From NCBI GenBank assembly GCA_036307105.1, contig JAXJYD010000008.1, positions 52,281-116,280 on the forward strand: a stretch of 64,000 nucleotides of DNA. The letters run 5' to 3'. Under the pieces are notes generated by a model. The model was not told where the DNA came from. It did no database searches and saw nothing but the letters and a program-made list of their open reading frames with translations. The translations under genes were made by a program, and so were the position numbers. The stretch's first letter is position 1; every line of letters begins with the position of its first letter. Of this stretch, positions 21,027 through 31,202 are shown piece after piece. The stretch comes from Clostridia bacterium (GTDB taxonomy: Bacteria; Bacillota; Clostridia; TANB77; CAG-508).

Positions 21027-22315
21027 AAAAACAAGAAAAAAAGTCTAATGAGAAACCTAAGCAAGAAAAAAAAACAATTGTAAAAAATAAATATGAAAAA
21101 AGAAATATATTAATATCGATTATTTCTTTGGTTATAATTTTATACTTATTATATACAATATATTTATTGATAAAGCAACCAACAAATGTATTTACAGTAG
21201 AAGAAGGGAAGCTGTATAAAGAAGAAACAGGTATTGGGTATGTTATTAGAAATGAAAAAATTGTAAAAGGTGAAAACTATAAAAATGGAATGGAACAGAT
21301 AAAGGCAGAAGGAGAGAGAACAGCTGTTAATGAAAATATATTTAGATATTATAGTTCAAATGAAGAAAATTTAAAATTGAAAATATCTGAATTAGACAAT
21401 AAAATACAAGAAATTATGACAAATGATAAAAGTTTACTTACCTCAGATATGAAAATGTTAGAAAACCAAATTGATAGCAAATTAGAAGACATAAGTAAGT
21501 TAAAAGACGTATCTAAATTAGCAGAATATAAAAAAGAAATAGATAACTTAGTAACTAAAAAAGCGAAAATTGCAGGTGATAGTAGTCCGCAAGGTTCTTA
21601 TTTAAGAGACTTGATAGAAGAAAGAAAATCTTATGAAAGCCAATTAAATTCAGGTGCTGAATATGTAAAAGCTCCAATAAGCGGATTGGTATCATATAGG
21701 GTAGACGGATTAGAAGAAACATTGACACCAGAAAATTTTGAGATGATAAATGAAGATTTTTTAGAGAAATTAAATTTAAAAACAGGGAAGATAGTTGCTA
21801 CTAATGAAGAATGTGGTAAAGTGATTGACAATTTTAGTTGCTATATAGCTACAATAACGGACTCTGAAGAAGCGAATACTTCAAAAGTTGGAGATAATGT
21901 TAAAATAAGATTGCCTAATAATATTGAAATTAAAGCAGAGATAGTAAATATTTCTAGTGAAAATGATGAGAAAAGAATTCTGTTTTTAAAATTAAACAAA
22001 CAAGTAGAAGAATTAATAAAGTATAGAAAAATCACTTTTGATCTTATTTGGTGGGATTTAAGTGGATTAAAAGTACCAAATCAAGCAATAGTAAAAATAG
22101 ATGACTTGGATTATGTTATAAGAAGCAGAGCAGGGTATTTAAGTAAAATATTGATAAAAGTAAAAAAACAAACAGAAAAGTATTCTATAGTTGAACCTTA
22201 TACAAATGAAGAATTGAAAGAATTGGGATTTTCGGATAAAGAAATAAATAATTATAAAAGAATTTCTATTTATGACGAAATATTAGTTAATCCAGACATC
22301 AACAAAGTTGATTAA
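21023..22315 (+). CDS. membrane-anchored coiled-coil protein, HlyD-like fold suspected
   Basis: One N-terminal TM segment, long coiled coil, beta-rich C-terminus. The family assignment is weak. Confidence 0.4.
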   Translation: MKKQEKKSNEKPKQEKKTIVKNKYEKRNILISIISLVIILYLLYTIYLLIKQPTNVFTVEEGKLYKEETGIGYVIRNEKIVKGENYKNGMEQIKAEGERTAVNENIFRYYSSNEENLKLKISELDNKIQEIMTNDKSLLTSDMKMLENQIDSKLEDISKLKDVSKLAEYKKEIDNLVTKKAKIAGDSSPQGSYLRDLIEERKSYESQLNSGAEYVKAPISGLVSYRVDGLEETLTPENFEMINEDFLEKLNLKTGKIVATNEECGKVIDNFSCYIATITDSEEANTSKVGDNVKIRLPNNIEIKAEIVNISSENDEKRILFLKLNKQVEELIKYRKITFDLIWWDLSGLKVPNQAIVKIDDLDYVIRSRAGYLSKILIKVKKQTEKYSIVEPYTNEELKELGFSDKEINNYKRISIYDEILVNPDINKVD

Positions 22316-22368
22316 TATTACAAAAATATTACAAAAATATTAAAATTTAAAAACATTTCAAAAAAATA

Positions 22369-22397
22369 TTGACAATATAAGAAAAAAAGTAGATACT
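22369..22397 (+). promoter_or_regulatory. putative promoter upstream of sepF
   Basis: TTGACA, 17-nt spacer, GATACT. Confidence 0.4.
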
Positions 22398-22440
22398 TAT
22401 ATCATAAAAAACAAAGGAAGTAAATTTAGGAGGTTTTTTT

Positions 22441-22923
22441 ATGTCAGGAGCATTAATGAACAAGGTATGGGATTTATTCGGGATGGATCAAGCAGAACCA
22501 GAGGAATACGATGATGAAAATGTATATGATTATGAAGATGAAGAAGAAGTGGTAGAAGATAGAAAATTTTTTGGGAGAAAAAATAATAATAAGGTTTTGA
22601 ATATGCCACAAGCAAATAGCAATGCAATAAAGATGGTAATATCACAACCAACAACATTTGAACAATCAGATGAAATATGTGCTTTCCTAAAAGAAAAAAA
22701 ATCTGTAATTGTTAATCTAGAATATGTCAACAAAGATGTAGCTAGAAGAATAGTAGACTTTATAAGCGGTGGAGTGTATGCTTTAGATGGATATATTCAA
22801 AAAGTTTCTAATTCTATATTTTTAGTAGCACCATCAAATTATGAAATTACAAACGAAATGGCTAGAGAAGAAATGAAGAGTAAATTATCTGTTTCATGGC
22901 TAAAAAATAATGGAATAAACTAA
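22441..22923 (+). CDS. sepF: cell division protein SepF
   Basis: C-terminal domain ...FEQSDEICAFLKEKKSVIVNLE...ARRIVDFISGGVYALDG... Confidence 0.88.
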   Translation: MSGALMNKVWDLFGMDQAEPEEYDDENVYDYEDEEEVVEDRKFFGRKNNNKVLNMPQANSNAIKMVISQPTTFEQSDEICAFLKEKKSVIVNLEYVNKDVARRIVDFISGGVYALDGYIQKVSNSIFLVAPSNYEITNEMAREEMKSKLSVSWLKNNGIN

Positions 22924-22954
22924 TCTATACGTTCAGAAAGGAAAGGGATCAAAG

Positions 22955-23410
22955 ATGATAACGCCATTAGATATTGAAAATAAAAAATTTTCAAAACAAA
23001 TGATGAATGGGTATAGCGTAGAAGAAGTTGATGATTTTTTAGATGATCTAACAGCTGATTATACGAAAAATTATAAAGAAGCAACAGAATTAAGAGCAAA
23101 AGTTGATGAATTAACGAAAAGTATAGAACACTATAAAAGTATAGAAGCAACATTACAAAATACATTAGTAATGGCTCAAAAAACGGCTGATGATGTTAAA
23201 AATGTTGCAAAACAACAGGCTGATCAAATAGTAAATGAAGCAAAAGGAAATGCGCAAAGACAAGTGGATGACTTAGATAGTGAGATTCTATCTAAGAAAA
23301 GAGAACTAGATGACGTAAAAAAACAATTTGATATATATAAAGCAAAAATGGAATCATTGTTAATATCACAATTAGAATTGATAAAAGATATTAATAAAGA
23401 AGATATATAA
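22955..23410 (+). CDS. divIVA: DivIVA domain protein
   Basis: N-terminus MITPLDIENKKFSK...GYSVEEVDDFLD followed by a coiled coil. Confidence 0.88.
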   Translation: MITPLDIENKKFSKQMMNGYSVEEVDDFLDDLTADYTKNYKEATELRAKVDELTKSIEHYKSIEATLQNTLVMAQKTADDVKNVAKQQADQIVNEAKGNAQRQVDDLDSEILSKKRELDDVKKQFDIYKAKMESLLISQLELIKDINKEDI

Positions 23411-23425
23411 AACATTACAAAAGAT

Positions 23426-23453
23426 AGCTATCTGTAGAAAGATAGCTTTTTTG
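23426..23453 (+). terminator. rho-independent terminator after divIVA
   Basis: AGCTATC / GATAGCT followed by a T-run. Confidence 0.65.
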
Positions 23454-23534
23454 TATTTTTTTATAGAAAAATATTACAAATTAGCAATAATATTACAGAA
23501 CTGTTAAATATATGTTACATTTCTATTAATACTA

Positions 23535-23563
23535 TTGACCATACGCAAAAAAAAGAATAAAAT
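23535..23563 (+). promoter_or_regulatory. putative promoter upstream of rsmD
   Basis: TTGACC, 17-nt spacer, TAAAAT. Confidence 0.5.
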
Positions 23564-23605
23564 ATATATATCATAAAATAGAAACTTTATTTAGAAAGGT
23601 TGAAT

Positions 23606-24157
23606 ATGAGAATAATATCAGGAACAGCAAGAGGAACTAAGTTATATACATTAGAAGGAGAGACAACAAGACCAACATTAGATAGAGTAAAGGAATCACT
23701 TTTTAACATTATACAAAATAAAATTCAAGATAGTGTATTTTTGGATTTATTTTCAGGAAGTGGAGCAATAGGGCTAGAAGCTGCAAGTAGGGGAGCAAAG
23801 AAAGTTATTCTTTGTGATAAATCAAAAGATGCAATTAAGATTATAAAAAATAATACACAAAAAACTCATTTAGAAAGAAAAATTATAATTTCTAATAAAG
23901 ATTTTAAAGATTTATTAAAAAGTGACATAAAGAAAATAGATATAATCTATATTGATCCACCATATAAAACAAATCTGATTTTTGAATCTTTGGAAATAAT
24001 TATAGAAAATAATATCTTAAAAGAAGATGGATTAATAATTTTAGAAACTGATGAAATAGATAGAATTTTAAAACAAATTAATAAATTAAAATTAGAAGTA
24101 ATAGATAAAAGGAAATATGGACGAGCATATCTTATTTTTTTAGAAGAGATAAGATGA
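23606..24157 (+). CDS. rsmD: 16S rRNA (guanine966-N2)-methyltransferase
   Basis: RIISG..RG..L....TRPT.DRVKE.LFN, GSG SAM motif and DPPY motif. Confidence 0.88.
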   Translation: MRIISGTARGTKLYTLEGETTRPTLDRVKESLFNIIQNKIQDSVFLDLFSGSGAIGLEAASRGAKKVILCDKSKDAIKIIKNNTQKTHLERKIIISNKDFKDLLKSDIKKIDIIYIDPPYKTNLIFESLEIIIENNILKEDGLIILETDEIDRILKQINKLKLEVIDKRKYGRAYLIFLEEIR

Positions 24158-24176
24158 ATTAGAAAGGGGTTAAACC

Positions 24177-24680
24177 ATGGAAATTTTTACATTATTGGAA
24201 ACGTTAGAGGAAATATTAGAAAATAGCAGAAGCATACCATTTTCTAATAAGGGAATTGTAGATAAAGAGGAAATGCTAGATTTAATAAAAGAGATAAGAA
24301 TAAAAATGCCTGATGAATTAAAACAAGCAAAATGGGTTAAAGAAGAAAGACAACGTATATTGGTTGAAGCCCAAAAAGAAGCCGATGGAATTGTAAAAGA
24401 AGCCGAAAACAGAATTATAGCTATGATTGATGAACATGAAATTACAAGAAAAGCATATGACCAAAAAACAGAAATAATAGAAACTGCAAATGAAATGTCT
24501 AGAGAAATTTCAAAAGGAACTAAAGAATATGCAGATAGTATATTAGAAAATACAGAAAATACATTAAATGATACATTAAACAAATTAGGTACTAATATGA
24601 CAGAAGCTATGAATTTATTACAATTATCTTTAGAAGATACAATAAAGACAATTCAAAATAGTAGAAAAGAATTAAAATAG
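24177..24680 (+). CDS. coiled-coil protein of unknown function
   Basis: Charged helical sequence resembling ATP-synthase-b/DivIVA-like coiled coils. No catalytic motif. Confidence 0.4.
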   Translation: MEIFTLLETLEEILENSRSIPFSNKGIVDKEEMLDLIKEIRIKMPDELKQAKWVKEERQRILVEAQKEADGIVKEAENRIIAMIDEHEITRKAYDQKTEIIETANEMSREISKGTKEYADSILENTENTLNDTLNKLGTNMTEAMNLLQLSLEDTIKTIQNSRKELK

Positions 24681-24751
24681 ATAATTTTACAAAAGTCAGA
24701 TTTTAGAAGTCAGAAAATATCGATGACTTTTGAAGTCTGATTTTTTACATG

Positions 24752-24933
24752 ATTAATGATTACATATAAATTTTTTATTTATTTCGGCTCAATACATAGA
24801 TTAATAAATTGTAATCAAATTTTACAAGCACCCTCAAAGCAAGTTTGAGATTCCCTTGTAAAATTTTTCAACAATTTCTAAAACTATTCCAATCGCATTC
24901 AATAAAATAAAAAATTTACACATAATCATTAAT
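24752..24933. repeat. long nested imperfect palindrome (element A)
   Basis: The 29-nt outer arms (24752-24780 / 24905-24933) pair apart from three A-C/C-A mismatches. Inner stems: AAATTTTACAAG/CTTGTAAAATTT and CTCAAA/TTTGAG. Confidence 0.75.
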
Positions 24934-24958
24934 TAGAAAAAGTGAAAGGATAAAAGAA

Positions 24959-27404
24959 ATGGCAAAAAAAAGAAGATATAAAAAAAGAAAAAAAGCTGCA
25001 TCAAAATTAGATTTAACAGTAGTAAGCTTAATAGTATTTAGTATACTTTTAGCTGTACTAATATATACAAAATCAGGGGTTATAGGAATAAAATTAAGTG
25101 AGATACTTCGGAGGTATAATGGGAATAATGCAATATATACTTCCTATTGGAACTTTTGCTATTGCAATAAAACTTGCTGTTGATGAAGGCGAAGAATTAA
25201 AGGGTAAGTTAATGCAATATGGAGTTGCTATTATAAGCATAGCTATTGTATTTAGTGTGTTTCAAATATCTTCAGGTGAATTACAATCATCTAAAGAGTT
25301 GTCAGAACTTGTGAAAGATGCATATTATGTAGGCTCTCAGGGAAAAGGCGGAGGAGCTATAGGAGCAGTTGCTGCAGTACCTCTTGCTAAACTATTGGGT
25401 GATGTAGGAGCTGTAATTCTTTGTATAGGAATTGCTGCTATATTATTAGTTTTTACTTTTGGAATTAATTTATCAGAACTAATAAATATTTTTATGGCAA
25501 GAGTAGAAGAAAAAAGAGATGAAAGATTAGAAAGAAAAATAGAAGAAGATGATGATAAAGAAACACCAGCAGAAAAAAGAAAAAGATTAAGAGAAGAAAG
25601 AAAAGCAAAATTAGAACAAGCAAAACAAGAAAAAGCCGAAAGAATAGCTGCATCAAAAGCAGCTAAAGCTCCTATGGATAATCAAATAAAAATCAACTTT
25701 GGTGGAAGAATTGTGGATAGCATAGACGAAAAGCCAGGATTGAAGAAGTATAATCATGAAGGTGAAGATTTAGAACCACTAACAAAACAAAACAAAACTC
25801 AAAAACAACATATAGAACCGGATGTAATAGATAGTAATTTGTTCAAAGATGTAGAAGAACAAAAAGAAGAAAAGAAAAAGGCTGTTTTACAATTAGAACA
25901 TGCACAAATAGTAGAAGATGAACATTATGAATATCCTCCAGTAGAACTATTAAGCAAATCTCCTAAGAAAGCTTTAAAAGGAGGAGCTAGAGCTCTAACA
26001 GACACTGCTACAAAATTACAAAAAACATTATATAGTTTTGGGGTATCTGCAAAAGTAGAAAATGTATCTGTAGGACCAGCAATCACAAGATATGAATTAA
26101 AACCTGCCGAAGGTGTAAGAGTAAGTAAAATAGCCAATCTTGCAGATGACATAGCACTTAACTTAGCAGCAGAAACAATAAGGATTGAAGCACCTATTCC
26201 TGGAAAACAAGCTGTTGGCATAGAAGTACCTAACAAAGAAAAAGAAGTTGTTCATTTTAGAGAAGTTTTAGATAGTGATGAATTTAGAAGTAATAAATCT
26301 AAGCTTACAATTGGTTTAGGGAAAGATGTTGCAGGAAATGTACAATTAGCAGATATTGCAAAAATGCCACACGTATTAATTGCGGGATCTACCGGTTCGG
26401 GTAAAAGTGTTTGTATAAATACAATCATTACAAGTATTATATATAATGCAAAACCAAGTGAAGTAAAATTTGTTATGGTTGATCCTAAAGTTGTAGAACT
26501 TTCTGTATATAATGGGATACCACATTTGCTAATTCCTGTTGTAACAGACCCTAGAAAAGCTGCTGGAGCTTTAGCGTGGGCAGTTCAAGAAATGGATGAT
26601 AGATATAACAAATTTGCAAGTAAAGGCGTACGTGATTTAAAAGGATATAATAAAGCTATAGAAAAAGAAAATGAAGCAGGAAAATTGCCACAAATAGTAA
26701 TAATTATAGATGAGCTTGCTGATTTAATGATGGTTGCAAAAAATGATGTTGAAGATGCAATTTGTAGATTAGCTCAAAAAGCAAGAGCAGCAGGAATGCA
26801 TTTAGTAATTGCAACACAAAGACCATCAGTTGATGTAATTACAGGACTAATTAAAGCGAATGTACCATCAAGAATAGCATTTGCAGTATCTTCACAAGTT
26901 GATTCAAGAACAATATTAGATAGTGTTGGAGCAGAAAAATTGCTTGGAAAAGGTGATATGTTATTCTTTCCAGCAGGTGCACCAAAACCATCAAGAGTAC
27001 AAGGCGCATTTGTATCAGATGACGAAGTAGAGAAAATAGTAGATTTTATAAAATCTAATGGAACAGCAACTTATAGTGAAGATATATTAGAAAGCATAGA
27101 AAATAGTAATAAAACGGATAAAGAAATTGCACAAGAGAAAGATGAAGATGATGATACAGATCCATTCTTAATGGATGCAATCCAAACGGTTGTAGAAACA
27201 GGACAAGCGTCAACATCATTTATACAAAGAAGATTCAAAGTAGGATATGCAAGAGCTGGAAGAATTATAGATCAAATGGAAGAAAGAGGAGTCATTTCCG
27301 GATATCAAGGAAGTAAACCAAGAGAAGTTTTAATGACTTTAGATAGATGGAATGAATTAAAAATGGGAACACCAACAACTGAAGATAATAAGGCTGATCA
27401 ATAA
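24959..27404 (+). CDS. ftsK: DNA translocase FtsK/SpoIIIE (apparent frameshift between 25098 and 25183)
   Basis: An N-terminal TM region is split over two frames. Then GSTGSGKS Walker A, the DELAD-type motif [11 protein letters not shown], and a C-terminal gamma domain (winged helix). Confidence 0.9.
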
Positions 27405-27487
27405 TTGCATTTGGATATTATAAGACCCATGTAAGCAACAGACTTAGCAGAAGTTTGTATGGATAGAGTAAAGGAAGGAGAAGAATT

Positions 27488-29071
27488 TTGCAAAAAAAAA
27501 GTGATAAAATTTTAGGTAAAATAGCAAAAAAAGATTACAGTAATCAGCTAGAAACAGTACTTGAAAAAAAGTATTTTGCTGAAAACGTAAAAAGTATTCT
27601 CCTAAGCATTTTATATAAAATAGAAACATCTTACAAAGATTATAAACAAGTAAAACAAGTTGTAGAAACAAAAGAAGATTTTATAGAAAGAATAATTAAT
27701 ACTATAAAAGATGAATGTGATGAAATAAAAGTAGTAAAACCTTTTTCAGAAGAAAGTAAAATAATAGGAAATAGAACATTTTTAGTTGAAAAAAACAAAA
27801 AAAGAATTATATGTCACAATATAGAAAGAAAATTGTTATATTGTATAGCTAAAATTGGAAAAAAAGAAAAAATAATTCCTGATAGTTATTTTATAATAAA
27901 TGAAACTATATCAAACTTAATAAATACAGGAAATAATATAAATACAGTAGAACCACTAAGAGATTTTAATGGTTATTCGTGGACAAGTATACCAAGAGAA
28001 ATTGAAAGCATAGAACATAATTTAATATATCAAAATCTAATTCTATTAGTAGGAAATGAGTTCTTAAATAATTGGATTTATAATAAAGAAGTTTTAAAAG
28101 ATTACTTAGAAGTTTTTAATAAAAGGATGACAAGTATATATGGTGAAGAAAATGCAGAAGAATTCATAGATAAGCTAAAAAAGATATCAATATTATTAGA
28201 AATAAAATTTGATAATAAAAGTAAGGAAAAATATAAAAAAATAAAAAAAGAAATTGAAGATAATTTAAAAGAAATTGAAGATAATATAAAATATATTGAA
28301 AAAATAACAAAAGAAAAAAGAGAACTTGCTAAACAGATTAGAAATATTGATGAAACCTTAAATAGTAAAGAACTAATACAACAAGAATATTTATCAAGAA
28401 ACGAAATGTTACCATTAGAAGAAAAAATATTTAGCATAAGAATTCTGAAAAAAATGATGATAGAAGAACGTGAAGAAAATATAGAAAAACTTGAAAAAAT
28501 AAATGAATTATTAAAACCAAAGAATTTTATAAGGTATAAAAAACAATTAGAAGAAAAAAGAAATATTATAAAAATCATAGATATAGAAGATATTCAAAAA
28601 GAAATTAACAAATTAAAGCTAGAATTACAAAAAATATTTTTGAGGTGTTTTGAAATTAAAATCGATAATTGTTCAAATAAACAAGAATTATCTAAAATTA
28701 TCTATGAATTCAGATATTATTCTATGTTACCGTATAATGAAAAAAATAGTATAAATGATGAAAAAATGTTAGAAGATATATTAAACTATTTAGGAATAAA
28801 AATACTTCAAAAATCTCATAAACTAAAGCTAATACAAAAATTATCTAAAAGGCAAGAGTTAGATTATGTATTATTAAAAAAGGTTTTTGGTACAAGAATT
28901 ATAAATTTAGAAAAGATAGAAGTTAAATTATCAAAAGAAAAAGAAGGATTCTTTGTACAAGTATTTGATGAAAATAGCTTAGAAGAGAAATATCAAATAA
29001 CAGGAATTGAAAATATAACTAATAGAGATTTTGAGTTAAGATATAATAAAAAAGTAAAAATTTTTTATTAA
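27488..29071 (+). CDS. hypothetical protein, 527 aa, central K/E-rich coiled coil
   Basis: TTG start after AAGGAG. No motif recognised. Confidence 0.5.
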   Translation: MQKKSDKILGKIAKKDYSNQLETVLEKKYFAENVKSILLSILYKIETSYKDYKQVKQVVETKEDFIERIINTIKDECDEIKVVKPFSEESKIIGNRTFLVEKNKKRIICHNIERKLLYCIAKIGKKEKIIPDSYFIINETISNLINTGNNINTVEPLRDFNGYSWTSIPREIESIEHNLIYQNLILLVGNEFLNNWIYNKEVLKDYLEVFNKRMTSIYGEENAEEFIDKLKKISILLEIKFDNKSKEKYKKIKKEIEDNLKEIEDNIKYIEKITKEKRELAKQIRNIDETLNSKELIQQEYLSRNEMLPLEEKIFSIRILKKMMIEEREENIEKLEKINELLKPKNFIRYKKQLEEKRNIIKIIDIEDIQKEINKLKLELQKIFLRCFEIKIDNCSNKQELSKIIYEFRYYSMLPYNEKNSINDEKMLEDILNYLGIKILQKSHKLKLIQKLSKRQELDYVLLKKVFGTRIINLEKIEVKLSKEKEGFFVQVFDENSLEEKYQITGIENITNRDFELRYNKKVKIFY

Positions 29072-29110
29072 AAGTATTGCAATTATTAATAGATTTAATG
29101 TTAATATATA

Positions 29111-29293
29111 AATATTTATCGAAAAATCTCGGCTGCATTGCATATTAAAGAAATTCTAATTTTATAAAATGAGTCTCTTTCATTCAGACCCTTCTCGCAA
29201 AGCTCGAAGTACCATGAACATCCCTCATTTTATAAAACAAGAATTTCTAATAATATTACCTTTGCATTCGATTTATTCTCAAAATATTGATAT
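29111..29293. repeat. long nested imperfect palindrome (element B, related to A)
   Basis: Stems ATTTTATAAAATGAG/CTCATTTTATAAAA, AGAAATTCT/AGAATTTCT and TCGGCTGCA/TGCATTCGA. Shares the TCGGCT..CATA and GCATTCRAT blocks with element A. Confidence 0.7.
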
Positions 29294-29365
29294 ATTAGCA
29301 TTCAAAATACAATATATTGTGAATGGACTTAAAAAGAAAAAATGTTTAAAAAGGAGAGAGAGTTA

Positions 29366-31012
29366 ATGAAGATTACATTTTTAGGAGCAACAAGAACTGT
29401 TACAGGTTCAAATTATTTAGTAGAAGCAGCTGGAAAGAAATTTTTAGTAGATTGTGGAATGTGGCAAGGTAGTAGTGAACTTGAAATGCAAAATGCAGAA
29501 GATTTTGAATTTAATCCACAAGAAATTGATTTTATGTTATTAACACATGCTCATATCGATCATTCAGGTAGAATTCCCAAATTATATAAAGAAGGTTATA
29601 GAAGTCCAATATATGCACATAAAGCTACATGTGATTTATGTACTTTAATGTTACCTGATAGTGGACATATTCAAGAAATGGAAATTGAGTGGAAAAATAA
29701 AAAAAGAAAAAGAAAAGGAGAAAAAGAACTTCCACCTCTTTATACAGCAGAAGAGGCATTAAGGTCAATGGAAGTTTTTGAACCTGTTCAATATGATGAA
29801 ATTATAGAGGTAACTCCTGATATACATTTTAGACTTAATGATGCAGGACATATGTTAGGTTCTAGTATTATAGAATTATGGGTTAAAGAAAATGGAGAAG
29901 AAACAAAAACTGTATTTACAGGAGATTTAGGAAATAATGATTTACCATTACTAGATTCTCCAACGATGATAGATAGTGCAGATTATCTAGTTATGGAATC
30001 TACTTATGGAAGCAGAAAGCACTTAAGGAATGATGAAAAAGCAGAGATGTTTTTAAATATTGTATCTGAAACATTAGACAATGAAGGAACAGTAGTTATT
30101 CCATCATTTGCAGTGGGAAGAACTCAAGAAATTTTATATGAAATAAATAAGTTAAAAGAAGTTAAAGATGACGACGAATTTAGAAGAAAATATAAAACAT
30201 TAATGAAAGCATCTGTATATGTAGATAGTCCTTTAGCAATTTCAGCAACTGAAGTATTTAGAGAAAATACAAATTTATTCGAACCAGATGTAATAGAAGC
30301 AATGGAAAAAGGAGATAATCCATTAGAATTTCCAGGTCTTAAATTTACTAGAACAGCAGATGAATCTAAGGCATTAAATGAAAGTAAAGAATCTAATATA
30401 ATAATATCTGCAAGTGGAATGTGCGAAGTAGGAAGAATAAAACATCATTTAAAACATAATCTATGGAATCCAAAATCAACAATTCTTTTTGTTGGATATC
30501 AAGCTCCAGGAACATTAGGTTATAATATTGTTAAAGGTGATAAGACAGTAAAAATATTTGGAGAAGAAATAGCAGTTAACGCAAGAATAGAATACATAGA
30601 AGGATATTCAGGACATGCTGACCAAGATGGACTTATGAATTTCGTGTATTCATTTAGAACTAAAAAACCCAAAAATATATTCTTAGTTCATGGAGAGCCA
30701 GAAGCACAAGATGTATTAAAGGAAAAGATTGAAACTGAAATAGGCATTCCAGTTATTATTCCGGAATTTGGTGAAACATATGATATTAAGGAAAAAATAG
30801 AAATAATAAACAAAATAGAGAGAAAAGTTACAAAAACAATAAGAACAGAAATAGTACAAAGATTAGAAAAATTAAAATCTGAAATATTAGATATGGATGT
30901 ATATGTAAGACAAGATATTAATAATGAAAACTTAAGAGATGAAGATATATTTAGAATTAATGAAAAGATAAAAGAGTTAGAGAAACAAATATTAAATGTA
31001 ATAGAAGGATAA
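29366..31012 (+). CDS. MBL-fold metallo-hydrolase with beta-CASP/RNA-metabolising domain
   Basis: HAHIDHSG motif, later SGHAD. About 548 aa. RBS AAGGAGAG. Confidence 0.82.
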   Translation: MKITFLGATRTVTGSNYLVEAAGKKFLVDCGMWQGSSELEMQNAEDFEFNPQEIDFMLLTHAHIDHSGRIPKLYKEGYRSPIYAHKATCDLCTLMLPDSGHIQEMEIEWKNKKRKRKGEKELPPLYTAEEALRSMEVFEPVQYDEIIEVTPDIHFRLNDAGHMLGSSIIELWVKENGEETKTVFTGDLGNNDLPLLDSPTMIDSADYLVMESTYGSRKHLRNDEKAEMFLNIVSETLDNEGTVVIPSFAVGRTQEILYEINKLKEVKDDDEFRRKYKTLMKASVYVDSPLAISATEVFRENTNLFEPDVIEAMEKGDNPLEFPGLKFTRTADESKALNESKESNIIISASGMCEVGRIKHHLKHNLWNPKSTILFVGYQAPGTLGYNIVKGDKTVKIFGEEIAVNARIEYIEGYSGHADQDGLMNFVYSFRTKKPKNIFLVHGEPEAQDVLKEKIETEIGIPVIIPEFGETYDIKEKIEIINKIERKVTKTIRTEIVQRLEKLKSEILDMDVYVRQDINNENLRDEDIFRINEKIKELEKQILNVIEG

Positions 31013-31015
31013 GAG

Positions 31016-31160
31016 GTTGTTTCGTATAGGATAAAATATTTTTATTTCACTCAAGTTATCCCACTGATGCTGTAACAATGCTTACGCATTTAACAGCATT
31101 CAGCGGTTCCCCCGAGAACTTTCGCTAAAAATAAAAATATTTCACCCTATACGAATACAA
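31016..31160. repeat. long nested imperfect palindrome (element C)
   Basis: In the 27-nt outer arms (31021-31047 / 31129-31155), 25 of 27 positions pair. Inner stems TGCTGT/ACAGCA and AATGC/GCATT. The three stem mismatches identified are all A-C on the + strand. Confidence 0.8.
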
Positions 31161-31202
31161 TTAATAGCCACAGACAGAAAAGGGAAAAAAAGGAGAAAAA
31201 GT

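Noticed and set aside
29169-29366. 65-aa ORF upstream of the beta-CASP hydrolase gene.
   Set aside because: It falls entirely within palindromic element B and has no RBS. It is most likely a by-product of the more GC-rich repeat.
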